Below the pieces are notes generated by a model, which had not been told where the DNA came from, did not search any database, and saw nothing but the letters and a program-made list of their open reading frames with translations. From Candidatus Marinacidobacterales bacterium (lineage in GTDB: Bacteria; Acidobacteriota; Vicinamibacteria; Marinacidobacterales; DATDRI01), in contig OZ244742.1 in assembly GCA_965219415.1 (NCBI GenBank), positions 448,001 to 512,000 of the forward strand: a stretch of DNA of 64,000 bases. Direction: 5' to 3'. This document shows positions 40,950 to 51,087 of the stretch, in pieces (position 1 is the first letter of the stretch; every line of letters begins with the position of its first letter). The position numbers and the translations under genes were made by a program.

Positions 40950-41695
40950 ATGGCGCGCTACCGTATCCTTATCATCGAGCCGAATCCCGACCTGAGCGGT
41001 GTCCTCCAGGAGCACCTCGCCAAGTCTGCCTCGCCAAGTCTGACTTCGACGTCGCGGCCATTCCAGACGCTCGGGACGGACTCTCCGCCGTTCGCAGGGA
41101 GACGCCCGACCTGGTGCTTTGTGAGGACGATCTCCCTGAAATGGACGGACTCGCTTTCGGAAAGGCGTTTCGGGCGGCACCCGGATTCGACAACCTCCCA
41201 CTGATCTTGGTGTCCGGCAACTCCACTCCCGAGCACCGGCTCGCGTGTCTAGACGCGGGTGCCGACGATTACCTGCTCAAACCCTTCAGCATGAAGGAGC
41301 CCGTCCGGCGTTGCCGTACCCAAATCGACGTTCATCGGCGGAACGAGCAAGGAGAGCTGTCCGGAGATCTCCGTCACTTCAAGACCACCGATATCCTCCA
41401 AATGCTAGAAGCGAACCAGGCCACCGGGGTGCTACACATCGACACCGAGGTGGCGAGTGGTGAGATCCACCTGCTCGACGGCTACATCTGCGGTGGATTC
41501 ACCGGCCAGCATCAAGGAGAAGAGGCCGTCTATCGGCTCATCCCGCTGCGCCGGGGCCGCTTTACCTTCGTGCACTCGAACATACGCTCCAACATCCAAT
41601 CGGTCCGCTCGACAACTGAGTTCATGATGGAGGCGCTCCGCCGGCACGACGAGCAGGAGCGTCAACCGGCCCCCAGTCGAGACCGTACCAACTAG
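40950..41695 (+). pseudogene. Receiver plus DUF4388 (PatA-N-like) regulator, frameshifted by a 14-bp duplication
   Basis: CCTCGCCAAGTCTG x2 at 41015-41042; GADDYLLKPF; LSGDL, DILQML, TGVL. Confidence 0.85.
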
Positions 41696-41710
41696 TTTCC
41701 CACCCTAGTC

Positions 41711-42769
41711 CTAGAAAAGGCTGACCTTGATCCGAAGGTATCTCTTTGGGTCCGCTCGGATGTCCTTGAGCAACCCCTGCAACTCTCCGGCCGTGCCATT
41801 CAAGTTGTCGTAGAGCTCGCGATCCTGAATGAGCTGGCCCAGGGTCCCGTCACCCTTTTCCACACGCGCGGTGATGCTGTCTAAGTTCCCGGACAGCGCG
41901 TTGAGACTGTCATAGAACTCCCGCTCCTTGATCAGCGCGCCGATTGACCCTTCTCCCTCGGCCAAGCGAGCGGTCACGGCGTCCAGTTGCCGAATCATTT
42001 TGCTCAGAGATGCCACGGTCTCCGAATCACTCACCAGCTTACCGAGGCCACCTTCGCCGTCCCGAATCTTGGTCGCGATATCGTTCAATCCTGACAAGAG
42101 TTCCCTCAGGTTGTTGTACACCTCGGGGTCGTTGATCAGCTTGCCCAAAGTACCTTCTCCGCTGTTCATTCGACCGAAGACCTCTTGCGCTCGAGTTACG
42201 AAATCCGAGAGCTTTTGATGAAACTCTTCACCTTTCAGGATCTTGCCCAACGATCCCCTACCCTCTTGAACGTCGGACATGAGATCTCGGACATCCTTCA
42301 TGGTTTGAGAAGCATCGGAGATGATTCCCTTAATCGGATCGCCGGCCTCTCCCTGCAGGACGCCTCCATCCGCAATCGGCTGACCACCAGGTGGCCCGGG
42401 GTCGATGTCCACCATTTTCTCTCCCAGGACTCCGAGGCTTCCTACACTGAGCTGTGAGTTACTAGTCACTCTGTCCTGTATGTCACCTCGTAGCTTGATA
42501 GTTACTTTGACCGGCCGAGGTGCGTCCGGCGACGCAAACGCGACTCGAGTCACCGAGCCCACTTCCACACCGGATAGGTGGACAGGTGCACCTGCCTTCA
42601 ACCCGTTCACATCGCCCAGATAGCTGTAGACCGTGTACTGCCCACCGAACAATGGCAGTCCGCCCTGACGCGTAACGTAGAGCGTCGTGAACAGGAAAAT
42701 ACCCAGCGCGATGAGAACTACGATGCCCACTCGTAACTGGGAATAAGTAATTGTCTTCTTCGTTGGCAT
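41711..42769 (-). CDS. mlaD: MCE/MlaD-family protein with repeated helical GxLGKL segments
   Basis: GLK.GAPV.LSGVEVG.V; DPKRYL C-terminus. Confidence 0.9.
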   Translation of the reverse strand: MPTKKTITYSQLRVGIVVLIALGIFLFTTLYVTRQGGLPLFGGQYTVYSYLGDVNGLKAGAPVHLSGVEVGSVTRVAFASPDAPRPVKVTIKLRGDIQDRVTSNSQLSVGSLGVLGEKMVDIDPGPPGGQPIADGGVLQGEAGDPIKGIISDASQTMKDVRDLMSDVQEGRGSLGKILKGEEFHQKLSDFVTRAQEVFGRMNSGEGTLGKLINDPEVYNNLRELLSGLNDIATKIRDGEGGLGKLVSDSETVASLSKMIRQLDAVTARLAEGEGSIGALIKEREFYDSLNALSGNLDSITARVEKGDGTLGQLIQDRELYDNLNGTAGELQGLLKDIRADPKRYLRIKVSLF

Positions 42770-42809
42770 GGCGTTTTCCTCCGCTCCTCGTGAGAGTTCC
42801 TGAAAAGGA

Positions 42810-43622
42810 TCAGGACAGAAATTTCCTTACGTAAGCATTCGGCGTTTCCCAGAGCTCCTTCTGTCGCCCTCGAAAAACAGCGCGTCCCTCATTGAGAACC
42901 ATGAACTGGGTGCCGACCAGCGCATCCAGATCGTCGATGTGGTTGTAAGCTACCTCGCCGTTCCGTATGAAGACGAACCCCTGAGCGATCTGAAACGCGT
43001 CCCGCAGCTGGTGCGTAACCAACACCGTCGTGACTCCTTCGAGATCTCGTAACTTGACAATGAGGTCGCAGATCGTGTCGGCGGTTATGGGGTCGAGCCC
43101 GGTGGTTGCCTCGTCGTAGAGAATTAACTCCGGTCGGTGTGCCACGGCTCGAGCCACCGCCACCCGGCGCCGCTGGCCACCCGAGAGCTCCGACGGCATG
43201 CGATCATAAAACTCGTCCAGTTCAACGAATCCGAGCATCGCACGGACTTTGTCCTCAAACTCTTCCTCCGCCAAATTTTCGTGCTCGCGGAACCGAAACC
43301 CGACGTTCTCCGCCACGGTAAGAGAATCGAACAGGGCTCCTTCTTGGAAAACCATCCCGATCTTGGAGCGTATCGCCATCAGGTCAGGTTCTTTCATGTC
43401 GGTGATCTCGATGCCGTCGATCTGGATCGAGCCCGATTCAGGCTTGATCAGGCCGAGGACCAGCTTGAGGATGGTCGACTTCCCGGAGCCGCTTCCCCCC
43501 AGGATAATCTCGGTGCCCGACGCGGGGACCTCGAAGGTGATGTCTTCGAGAGCGTATTCCTCCCCCTCCGGATAGGAGTAGTAGACGTTGCGAAAGGAAA
43601 TGACGGGGGCGGCTGGGCTCAC
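42810..43622 (-). CDS. mlaF: MlaF-like ABC ATPase
   Basis: GGSGSGKS, FQEGALFDS, LSGG, YDE.TTGLDP; GTG start overlapping the mlaE stop. Confidence 0.9.
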   Translation of the reverse strand: MSPAAPVISFRNVYYSYPEGEEYALEDITFEVPASGTEIILGGSGSGKSTILKLVLGLIKPESGSIQIDGIEITDMKEPDLMAIRSKIGMVFQEGALFDSLTVAENVGFRFREHENLAEEEFEDKVRAMLGFVELDEFYDRMPSELSGGQRRRVAVARAVAHRPELILYDEATTGLDPITADTICDLIVKLRDLEGVTTVLVTHQLRDAFQIAQGFVFIRNGEVAYNHIDDLDALVGTQFMVLNEGRAVFRGRQKELWETPNAYVRKFLS

Positions 43623-44404
43623 TAGTAAACGAAGTGAAGAATGAGTACGTTGAGGAAATAGTCCGAAGCTAGAATCAAGACCGAGGCCATCACCACCGAG
43701 CGTGTCGTCGAGATGCCCACTCCCTGCGTTCCACCGCGCGTGGAAAGTCCCAGATAGCATCCCACCGCCACAATGATGTAGCCGAAGACGAACGGTTTTA
43801 CCAGACCCATCGTTATGTCTTGAATTCGAATCGCATCGACGGCAGAGTGCCAATAGAACTCAGTGGGCAGTCGGAGCGTAAAGCGCGCTACCAAGTATCC
43901 CCCCAACATTCCGACCGCGTTCGACAGGATCGTCAAAATCGGAACCATCACCAGCCCGCTGACCATCCTCGGCGTAACCAGCTTGCGGATGGGATCGGTG
44001 CCCAGGGCACGCATCGCATCGATCTGTTGGGTCACGACCATCGAGCCCAGCTCCGCGGCCATGCCGGAGCCTACGCGGCCCGCCACCATCAGCGAGGTCA
44101 GCACTGGACCCAGCTCGCGAATCATCGAAAGCGACACCATCCGCCCCACGTAGGGTCGCGCACCAAAAGCGTCCAGAGTGGCGGCGCTTTGCACGGTAAG
44201 TACCATTCCGGTGAATAGTCCGGTAAGACAAACGATGGTCACCGAGCCAACCCCGATGACATCCATCATGTCTAAAGTGTCCTTCCAGTACCGAGGAGAA
44301 GAAAAAAGGTTTCGGAAGGCACGGAAAGAGAGGAGTGTGAACTCTTGGACGCCGAGAATCGTGCGTTTGAAGCGCTCGGAGGCGCCGCTAATTACTGCTT
44401 CCAT
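43622..44404 (-). CDS. mlaE: MlaE-like ABC permease
   Basis: [22 protein letters not shown]. Confidence 0.92.
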   Translation of the reverse strand: MEAVISGASERFKRTILGVQEFTLLSFRAFRNLFSSPRYWKDTLDMMDVIGVGSVTIVCLTGLFTGMVLTVQSAATLDAFGARPYVGRMVSLSMIRELGPVLTSLMVAGRVGSGMAAELGSMVVTQQIDAMRALGTDPIRKLVTPRMVSGLVMVPILTILSNAVGMLGGYLVARFTLRLPTEFYWHSAVDAIRIQDITMGLVKPFVFGYIIVAVGCYLGLSTRGGTQGVGISTTRSVVMASVLILASDYFLNVLILHFVY

Positions 44405-46449
44405 GGTTTCTCGGGCATCAAGTCATCAAACAGTTCGAGTTGGCGAAGCTCCTTGATCTTGTCACGGATCTCGGCTGCCTTCTCGAACTCGAGCTGCCGA
44501 GAGGCACGCTTCATTGCCTTGTTTAGCTTCTTTATTTCCCTCTCTAGCTCCTCGGCCGTCGCAAGATCCGGCCTCCCCTCGGCCACCGCGGGGATCGCGG
44601 GGTAGTCTTGCTCGTACACACTGCCCAAGACCTTACCGATGGACTTCACAATCGTTTCGGGCGTAATCCCGTGCTCACGGTTGTATTCCTGCTGGAGTTC
44701 GCGACGACGGCTGGTCTCGGACATAGCCCGGCGCATCGAGTCCGTGACCTTGTCCGCGTAGAGGATAGACGTACCGTTGACGTTTCGGGCGGCGCGGCCC
44801 ATCGTCTGAACGAGGGACCCTTCCGATCGGAGGAAGCCCTCTTTGTCGGCGTCCAGAATCGCAACCAACGAGACTTCCGGAAGGTCCAGGCCTTCGCGGA
44901 GCAGGTTGATTCCGATCAAGACGTCGAACTCTCCCAAACGTAGCTCGCGAAGGATTTTCACGCGTTCAAGAGTGTCGATATCGGAATGGAGATAGCGGCA
45001 ACGGACACCGAGCTCGGTGTAGTACTCACTTAGATCCTCGGCCATCCTCTTGGTGAGCGTCGTCACTAAGACTCGCTCCTTACGCGCCTCTCGTTCACGG
45101 ATCTCGTGGAGCAAATCGTCCACCTGCCCGCTGACCGGTCGGACTTCGACACGGGGATCCATGAGGCCAGTGGGACGAATGATTTGCTCGACAACCACGC
45201 CCTCGGTCTTCTCGAGCTGTTCGGCCGCTGGCGTCGCTGATACGAAAATCACCTGTCCCAAGCGTTCTTCAAATTCTCCAAAGTTGAGAGGTCGGTTGTC
45301 CATGGCAGACGGGAGTCGAAATCCGTAGTCCACCAACGTTCCCTTGCGCGAGCGGTCACCGTGATACATGCCGCGAAGTTGAGGGATCGTCTGATGACTC
45401 TCGTCAATGACGATAAGGACGTCCCGGGGAAAGTAATCCATCAACGTGGGCGGTGGTTGCCCTGGTTGTCGACCGGTGAGATGACGTGAGTAATTTTCGA
45501 TGCCGTGGCAATAGCCGACTTCCTGAAGCATCTCCAAATCGAAGAGCGTGCGCTGCGCTACTCGCTGCGCTTCTAGAAGCTTGCCCTCGGAGCGGAGCTG
45601 CGCGGTATGGGCATCGAGCTCTTCCCGGATCGTCTCGATGGCCCGCACCGTTCTTTCACGAGGCGTCACGTAGTGGGTCTTCGGATAGATGACGACTCTC
45701 TTCAGAGGCCCCAGAACCTTGCCGGTGAGGGGGTCGATCTGCGAGATAGACTCGACCTCGTCGCCGAAGAGCTCGATTCTGACGCCCGCATCCTCGGAGG
45801 CGGGAATGACCTCCACCACGTCACCTCGAACCCGAAAATTTCCACGCTTCAGATCGTAGTCGTTCCGCTCGTATTGAATCTCGACGAGCTTTCTGAGGAT
45901 CTTCGACCGGTCGACCGTCTCTCCCTGCTCCACGGCCAGGAGCATGCCGTAGAAAGCCTCGGGAGAACCCAGTCCGTAGACACAGGAAACACTGGCTACG
46001 ATCAACACGTCTGACCGCTCGAACAATGAGCGGGTTGCAGAAAGCCGCATGCGGTCGATCTCGTCGTTGATGGTCGCCTCTTTCTCGATATAGGTATCGG
46101 TCGTCGGGACGTAAGCCTCCGGCTGGTAATAGTCGTAGTAGCTGACAAAGTACTCGACCGCATTGTCAGGGAAAAACCCGCTGAATTCTTGGTAGAGTTG
46201 CGCCGCCAGGGTCTTGTTGTGGGCTATCACCAGGGCGGGTCGGTTTACCATCTCGATGACCTTGGCGATGCTGAAGGTCTTGCCAGAGCCGGTGACCCCC
46301 AAGAGGACTTGGTAGGGGTCTCCGCGGTTCAGTCCGGTGACCAGCTCCTCGATGGCGCGCGGTTGATCACCTTTGGCCTCGAACTCCGAGACCAGACGAA
46401 AATCGCCGGGCTTCGCTTTTGGTACCGTCCGGGATACCGACATCATCAA
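44392..46449 (-). CDS. uvrB: Excinuclease ABC subunit B
   Basis: [35 protein letters not shown] domain. Confidence 0.98.
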   Translation of the reverse strand: MMMSVSRTVPKAKPGDFRLVSEFEAKGDQPRAIEELVTGLNRGDPYQVLLGVTGSGKTFSIAKVIEMVNRPALVIAHNKTLAAQLYQEFSGFFPDNAVEYFVSYYDYYQPEAYVPTTDTYIEKEATINDEIDRMRLSATRSLFERSDVLIVASVSCVYGLGSPEAFYGMLLAVEQGETVDRSKILRKLVEIQYERNDYDLKRGNFRVRGDVVEVIPASEDAGVRIELFGDEVESISQIDPLTGKVLGPLKRVVIYPKTHYVTPRERTVRAIETIREELDAHTAQLRSEGKLLEAQRVAQRTLFDLEMLQEVGYCHGIENYSRHLTGRQPGQPPPTLMDYFPRDVLIVIDESHQTIPQLRGMYHGDRSRKGTLVDYGFRLPSAMDNRPLNFGEFEERLGQVIFVSATPAAEQLEKTEGVVVEQIIRPTGLMDPRVEVRPVSGQVDDLLHEIREREARKERVLVTTLTKRMAEDLSEYYTELGVRCRYLHSDIDTLERVKILRELRLGEFDVLIGINLLREGLDLPEVSLVAILDADKEGFLRSEGSLVQTMGRAARNVNGTSILYADKVTDSMRRAMSETSRRRELQQEYNREHGITPETIVKSIGKVLGSVYEQDYPAIPAVAEGRPDLATAEELEREIKKLNKAMKRASRQLEFEKAAEIRDKIKELRQLELFDDLMPEKPWKQ

Positions 46450-46453
46450 TTGT

Positions 46454-47840
46454 GGGTCTACGCGGATTCGTGTGGGTTGAAAACTGCATTACTGGGTAAT
46501 GGCGGAAGGAAAGCCGCCACGATCTTCAGCTTGAGATATTCCTCGTCGCGATAGCCGTAGGCGCGTCGTTGCAGAACACGGATTTTGTTGTTGACCCCTT
46601 CAACTAGGCCGAGACTGACTTTGTTCTCCGGATGACAGTAGGAGGCGATACCATCCCAATGGGACTCAATCATACCGGCGAACTTCTGGTACGGATGCAG
46701 GCGTTGCCATTTGAGGCTGTCTTTCCAACGGGTGAAAAAGGCGCGAGCGCCGCGTTCGGTGCGGTAATCCCAGAGTTGCCCGAAGGCCTCCTTCAAAATA
46801 TAGGCGGTGTTCAGGCGCCGGTTGGCCTGGAGCAACTTTTTGAGTGCGCGGCGACCGTCTAGGCTCAGGTTCTCCCGCCGGGAAAGCAAAGTGTAACGCT
46901 GCCCCTTGATGTACGACCGGTCCTTGCCGCTGAGGCGTTTGTACTCACCGCGCCGGACCTCATCGAGGGCCTTTGACAGATGACGCATGATATGAAACTT
47001 GTCGAAGATGATCCGCGCATTAGGCGCGTTGTGAATCACCGAGTTCCGGAAGGGCTTCCACATATCCATGGCGGCCAGCTTGATACGGGCGCTTTTCTTT
47101 CCGCCCGGCGCCTTGAAGAACAAATCGATGTCGGTTTCTTTGCGACCCTTACCGCCCACCCAGATGGGACGCGCCCGCTCCAGGTCGCTGACAATGACGC
47201 GATAGTTATGTCCCTTGCGGATGGAGATCTCATCGACACCGATGGCCCGAGGCGCCGGTAGCCCCGCCCCGGTTCGACCTACTCTTGCATGTAGAGCGTA
47301 TCCAGAGCCTTCACCGTACCGTGGTGCAGACGTTCCATCTCGGCCACCGCCTTGTTCGGCATATCCCGGCACAGCTTGCCCACATGGCGTCGCAAAACGC
47401 TGGGTGTAGCGCGAGTTGTTCGCCAGCCAGTCTAGGTGTTCTACATGCACACCGCCGCACCCAGAACAGTTGACGCGCCAACGCTCGTATTCCAGATAGA
47501 TCCGCCAGCCTGCCAACGACAGGTCGCGGACCCGGCACACTTGCTTGTCATAGCGCCCCCGGCACCGTTGCCCACAGTAAGAGCACACAGCTGTTTTTTT
47601 CGCCTCTTGAGCTGGATGACACGGGCGTATCGGTCACCGAATAGACCCTTCAATCCGGCACCAACCACGAAACCTGGCAGCGCAAACAGCGAGCGGATCG
47701 ACTGGGAATTTTTCACTCGGTTAGCCTATCCTAAAAATGGACCACTTTTCAGCACCTGATGAAGTACTCGATACCTTTTCCACACAATGAGTTACACTGT
47801 TTTTCCGTCAGAACTTACCCACACGAATCCGCGTAAACCC
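46454..47840 (-). mobile_element. ISL3-family insertion sequence, copy 2
   Basis: Same IRs as copy 1; 8-bp TSD TCAATTGT (46446-46453, 47841-47848); transposase ORFs 47441-47716 and 46458-47588. Confidence 0.97.
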
Positions 47841-47873
47841 TCAATTGTTAGTTGATCCGCTGAACAATCCCGC

Positions 47874-47902
47874 AAGTTAGCACGCGCCGATCGGGGGGTC
47901 AA
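47874..47902 (-). promoter_or_regulatory. Probable native uvrB promoter, displaced by the IS
   Basis: TTGACC-N17-TAACTT with TG extension on the minus strand. Confidence 0.6.
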
Positions 47903-48011
47903 CTTCTGGAGACAATGCACTTGCCCCGTAGCAGGAGGGCGTTCGGGAGAAAGAATGGCGCCGGCCGATGGGACCGGAGAACCTGTCGCGGTGGACGTCG
48001 ACTAGGAGGGA

Positions 48012-48362
48012 TTAGCCGGGCAAGGCTCCGCCCTTCTTCTTGTTGTACTGGCGGTACTCGTAGCTGCGGACTTCCCCTTCCGTCAGCTCCATTCCCTTAT
48101 CGTGGGGAAACATGTGAACCGCATCGTAGTCGGGCGGGCAAAATTTTTCACAAAGCTGGCAGCCGATGCACGTTTCCACGTTCACATCGCAGATCTCCCC
48201 GATGGCTCCGGGCTCCGGATCAGGAACCAGAGTGATGCAATCCAATACCGGACAAACGTTGATACAGAACTCGCATCCCCGCCCAAAGCATTTCCCTTTG
48301 TCGACATAGGCCAGCAACTTGGGTTGTTTCTTGCGGGGCCCGGTGATCAAAACGTCCTGCAT
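48012..48362 (-). CDS. 4Fe-4S dicluster ferredoxin
   Basis: CFGRGCEFCINVCP and CIGCQLCEKFCP; AGGAGG RBS. Confidence 0.88.
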   Translation of the reverse strand: MQDVLITGPRKKQPKLLAYVDKGKCFGRGCEFCINVCPVLDCITLVPDPEPGAIGEICDVNVETCIGCQLCEKFCPPDYDAVHMFPHDKGMELTEGEVRSYEYRQYNKKKGGALPG

Positions 48363-48414
48363 CAGCTAACCTCCTGGGATCACCGTTGATTATAACGGCA
48401 AGACTCCCGGACCG

Positions 48415-49410
48415 CTACCAAACGACTACTGCCGATCCCCACGTAAACCCTGAGCCGAAGGCGGCCAGCATCACTCGACTACCTTCCCGAATGCGCCCCT
48501 CTTGTACCGCCTCGTGGAGAGCTATCGGGATGGATGCCGCGGTCGTGTTGCCATAACGCTGGATGTTGCAGAAGAACTTCTCCATCGGCACTTCCATGGC
48601 CAAGGCTACTGCCTCTAGGATTCGGAGATTCGCCTGGTGCAGAACGAACAGGTCGACGTCCTCGAGCTCCAGACCCGCCGAGCTCAGCGCTTCCCGAATC
48701 GCCTCCGGGAATCTTCTAACCGCGTGCTTGAAGACCGCTCGCCCTTCCATTTTAGGATAGTGCCTTCCATCGCGCAGCATTTGGGCGTCGATTCGGGGCC
48801 GGTAGCGACTACCCGGCACCTCCAACCATAGCTTGGAGGCATACTGGCCCTCCGCGTGAAGATGTACGGACTGTACGCCCTCCGCGCCTTCGCTTCCAGA
48901 CGATCCCAGCACCACCGCCCCCGCCCCGTCGCCGAAGAGCACTGCCAGTTCTCTGCCTGCGGTGCTGAAATCGAGGCCGGTTGAATGCACCTCTGCCCCC
49001 ACCAGCAAAATATGTCGATAGGTCCCGGCTCGAATGAAAGAGTCGGCCACCGCCAGGCCATAGATAAAACCAGAACACTGATTCCTGACGTCGAGTGCGC
49101 CGATGGGACCCACGCCGAGCTTCTCCTGGAGCAGCACCGCCGAGCCAGGAAAATTGTAGTCCGGCGACAACGTGGCGAAAACGATGAAATCGAGGTCGTT
49201 AGGGTCGATTCCAGCTCCTTCGATGGCCTGACGCGAGGCCACCAGCGCCAGGTCGGAGACTCCGATGCCCGACTCTACGTATCGCCGTTCGTAGATGCCG
49301 GTTCTCTCGCGGATCCACGAATCGGAAGTATCCATGAGGGCGGTCAGCTCCTCGTTGGGTACGACACGCTCGGGTACGTGCATCCCGATACCGAGGATCC
49401 TTGTTCTCAT
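48415..49410 (-). CDS. fabH: 3-oxoacyl-ACP synthase III
   Basis: QCSGF, FGDGAGA, HQAN, GNT..ASIP, FGSGFTWG. Confidence 0.93.
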   Translation of the reverse strand: MRTRILGIGMHVPERVVPNEELTALMDTSDSWIRERTGIYERRYVESGIGVSDLALVASRQAIEGAGIDPNDLDFIVFATLSPDYNFPGSAVLLQEKLGVGPIGALDVRNQCSGFIYGLAVADSFIRAGTYRHILLVGAEVHSTGLDFSTAGRELAVLFGDGAGAVVLGSSGSEGAEGVQSVHLHAEGQYASKLWLEVPGSRYRPRIDAQMLRDGRHYPKMEGRAVFKHAVRRFPEAIREALSSAGLELEDVDLFVLHQANLRILEAVALAMEVPMEKFFCNIQRYGNTTAASIPIALHEAVQEGRIREGSRVMLAAFGSGFTWGSAVVVW

Positions 49411-49581
49411 CGACAGCGGATCTTAACCCCGTTTCGTAATTCTTTCCTCCGTCGCGGTCCAATGAGGGTCTCTGGACCGCGCAGACGCCGCTTCTGGCGC
49501 CAACGGGCGCGGGTTGCCACTCATCAGCGTCGGCTAACGCCGCTCGCGCCGCCTAGACAAAGCCGTTATACTCAACTGTTC

Positions 49582-50790
49582 ATGGCGGAGAGCAAGATTT
49601 TTCAAAAGGGCCTGGGCTTGAAGTCCCAGGTGAGGGCCCCTCTCCAGAAGGACTACAAGGGCTGGATAGTCGACCTCGCCCGCGCCAACGACTTCCGTTT
49701 ACGAGCCGGCGATTTGACCATTCGCCTCGCCAAGGAGTTCGGCTTTTGCTATGGCGTGGATCGCGCCGTGGAATACGCCTACGAGGCCCGCTCCCGTTTC
49801 CCCGACCGTAAGATCTACATAACTGGGGAGATCATCCACAATCCGTACGTGAACCGCCGGCTCGAAGACATGGGCATCCGCTTCTTGGATGGACCCTACG
49901 GAACTCCTGAAAAGTTCGAGCCCGTGGCGGAGGACGATGTGGTCCTACTACCCGCCTTCGGTGTCAGCACGACGGAGATGGACATTCTCAAGGAACATGG
50001 CTGCATCCTGGTAGACACGACGTGCGGCTCCGTCTTGAACGTCTGGAAGAATGTCGAACGATATGCTCGGAGCGGCTTCACCTCGATCGTCCACGGCAAG
50101 TATTGGCACGAAGAGACGAGGGCGACGGTATCACGCGCTTCTTGTTTCCCCGGAGGCCACTATCTCGTGGTGCGGGATATGGACGAAGCGTACGAGCTGT
50201 GTCGGTATATCGAGCAAGGAGGGAATGCGGCCAACTTCCTCGAGAATTTCGCCTCGGCGTGCTCATCCGATTTCAACCCGGATCGCGACCTGCAGAGGAT
50301 CGGATTAGCCAATCAAACAACCATGCTCAGCACCGAATCCCTTGCTATTGAGGAGGAGCTTCGCAAGTCGATGGCTCGCCGCTACGGCGAGTCGGAGCTG
50401 ACGGAACGCTTCCGCTCCTTCGACACTATTTGCAGCGCGACCCAAGAGCGCCAGGACGCGGTCATGGAGCTAATGCGAGATAAGGTCGACCTGATGCTGG
50501 TACTGGGTGGTTACAACAGCAGTAATACGACTCACCTCGCCGAGATCTCCTCCCAGCACTCCGCCACCTACCACATCTCCGACTCGACGTGCCTGGTTTC
50601 CCCTGCCGAGATTCGCCACAAGCCGGTTGATGAACTCGAGGAAGTTGTGGCGCGCGACTGGTTGGCCAATGGGCGATTGACGATTGGCATTACTGCGGGT
50701 GCCTCCACACCCGATGTCAAGATCGACGAGTCCATCGAGCGCCTCATCTCTTTCCGCGGTCTCGCACTTTCAGAACTCAAACCCGCCTAG
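49582..50790 (+). CDS. ispH: 4-hydroxy-3-methylbut-2-enyl diphosphate reductase (long type)
   Basis: FGFCYGV, IIHNP, DTTC, NQTT, TICSATQERQ, SSNT, TAGASTP. Confidence 0.95.
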   Translation: MAESKIFQKGLGLKSQVRAPLQKDYKGWIVDLARANDFRLRAGDLTIRLAKEFGFCYGVDRAVEYAYEARSRFPDRKIYITGEIIHNPYVNRRLEDMGIRFLDGPYGTPEKFEPVAEDDVVLLPAFGVSTTEMDILKEHGCILVDTTCGSVLNVWKNVERYARSGFTSIVHGKYWHEETRATVSRASCFPGGHYLVVRDMDEAYELCRYIEQGGNAANFLENFASACSSDFNPDRDLQRIGLANQTTMLSTESLAIEEELRKSMARRYGESELTERFRSFDTICSATQERQDAVMELMRDKVDLMLVLGGYNSSNTTHLAEISSQHSATYHISDSTCLVSPAEIRHKPVDELEEVVARDWLANGRLTIGITAGASTPDVKIDESIERLISFRGLALSELKPA

Positions 50791-51087
50791 CGACCCCATG
50801 GCTTACCGATCGGTAAGGCACGGCAGATCTTCCCCTAGCAATCCGGCGCACCGATTCATATATAATGTTCCTGGGAATGGGAGAATACTCGAGCTGCCCG
50901 TTCCATCGCTTCGCGCGGTTTTCTACTAGCTGTTCTTCGCACCGGCCAGCAAGGGGACTTCCCCTCTCGACAGCGGCCAGAAAAGATGTCGGCCGCAAAC
51001 CCGAGAGAGTCGGTGTTGAACGTTGGGAGAGTTGCCGATTCCTCCACCTTGGAAACGGCGCGAGAATGTTTTTGAGAGGGGGGATCG

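Noticed and set aside
10753-47840. Composite transposon or IS-mediated inversion between the two inverted ISL3 copies
   Set aside because: Each copy has its own matching TSD (AGAAAAAA, TCAATTGT), indicating independent insertions with no net recombination between them
47849-47910. LexA/SOS box at the uvrB promoter
   Set aside because: No convincing GTTC-N7-GTTC or CTGT-N8-ACAG match was seen
48985-49581. 200-aa N-terminal extension of IspH in the ORF track
   Set aside because: Overlaps fabH antisense; ATG 49582 with an upstream TATACT is the likely start
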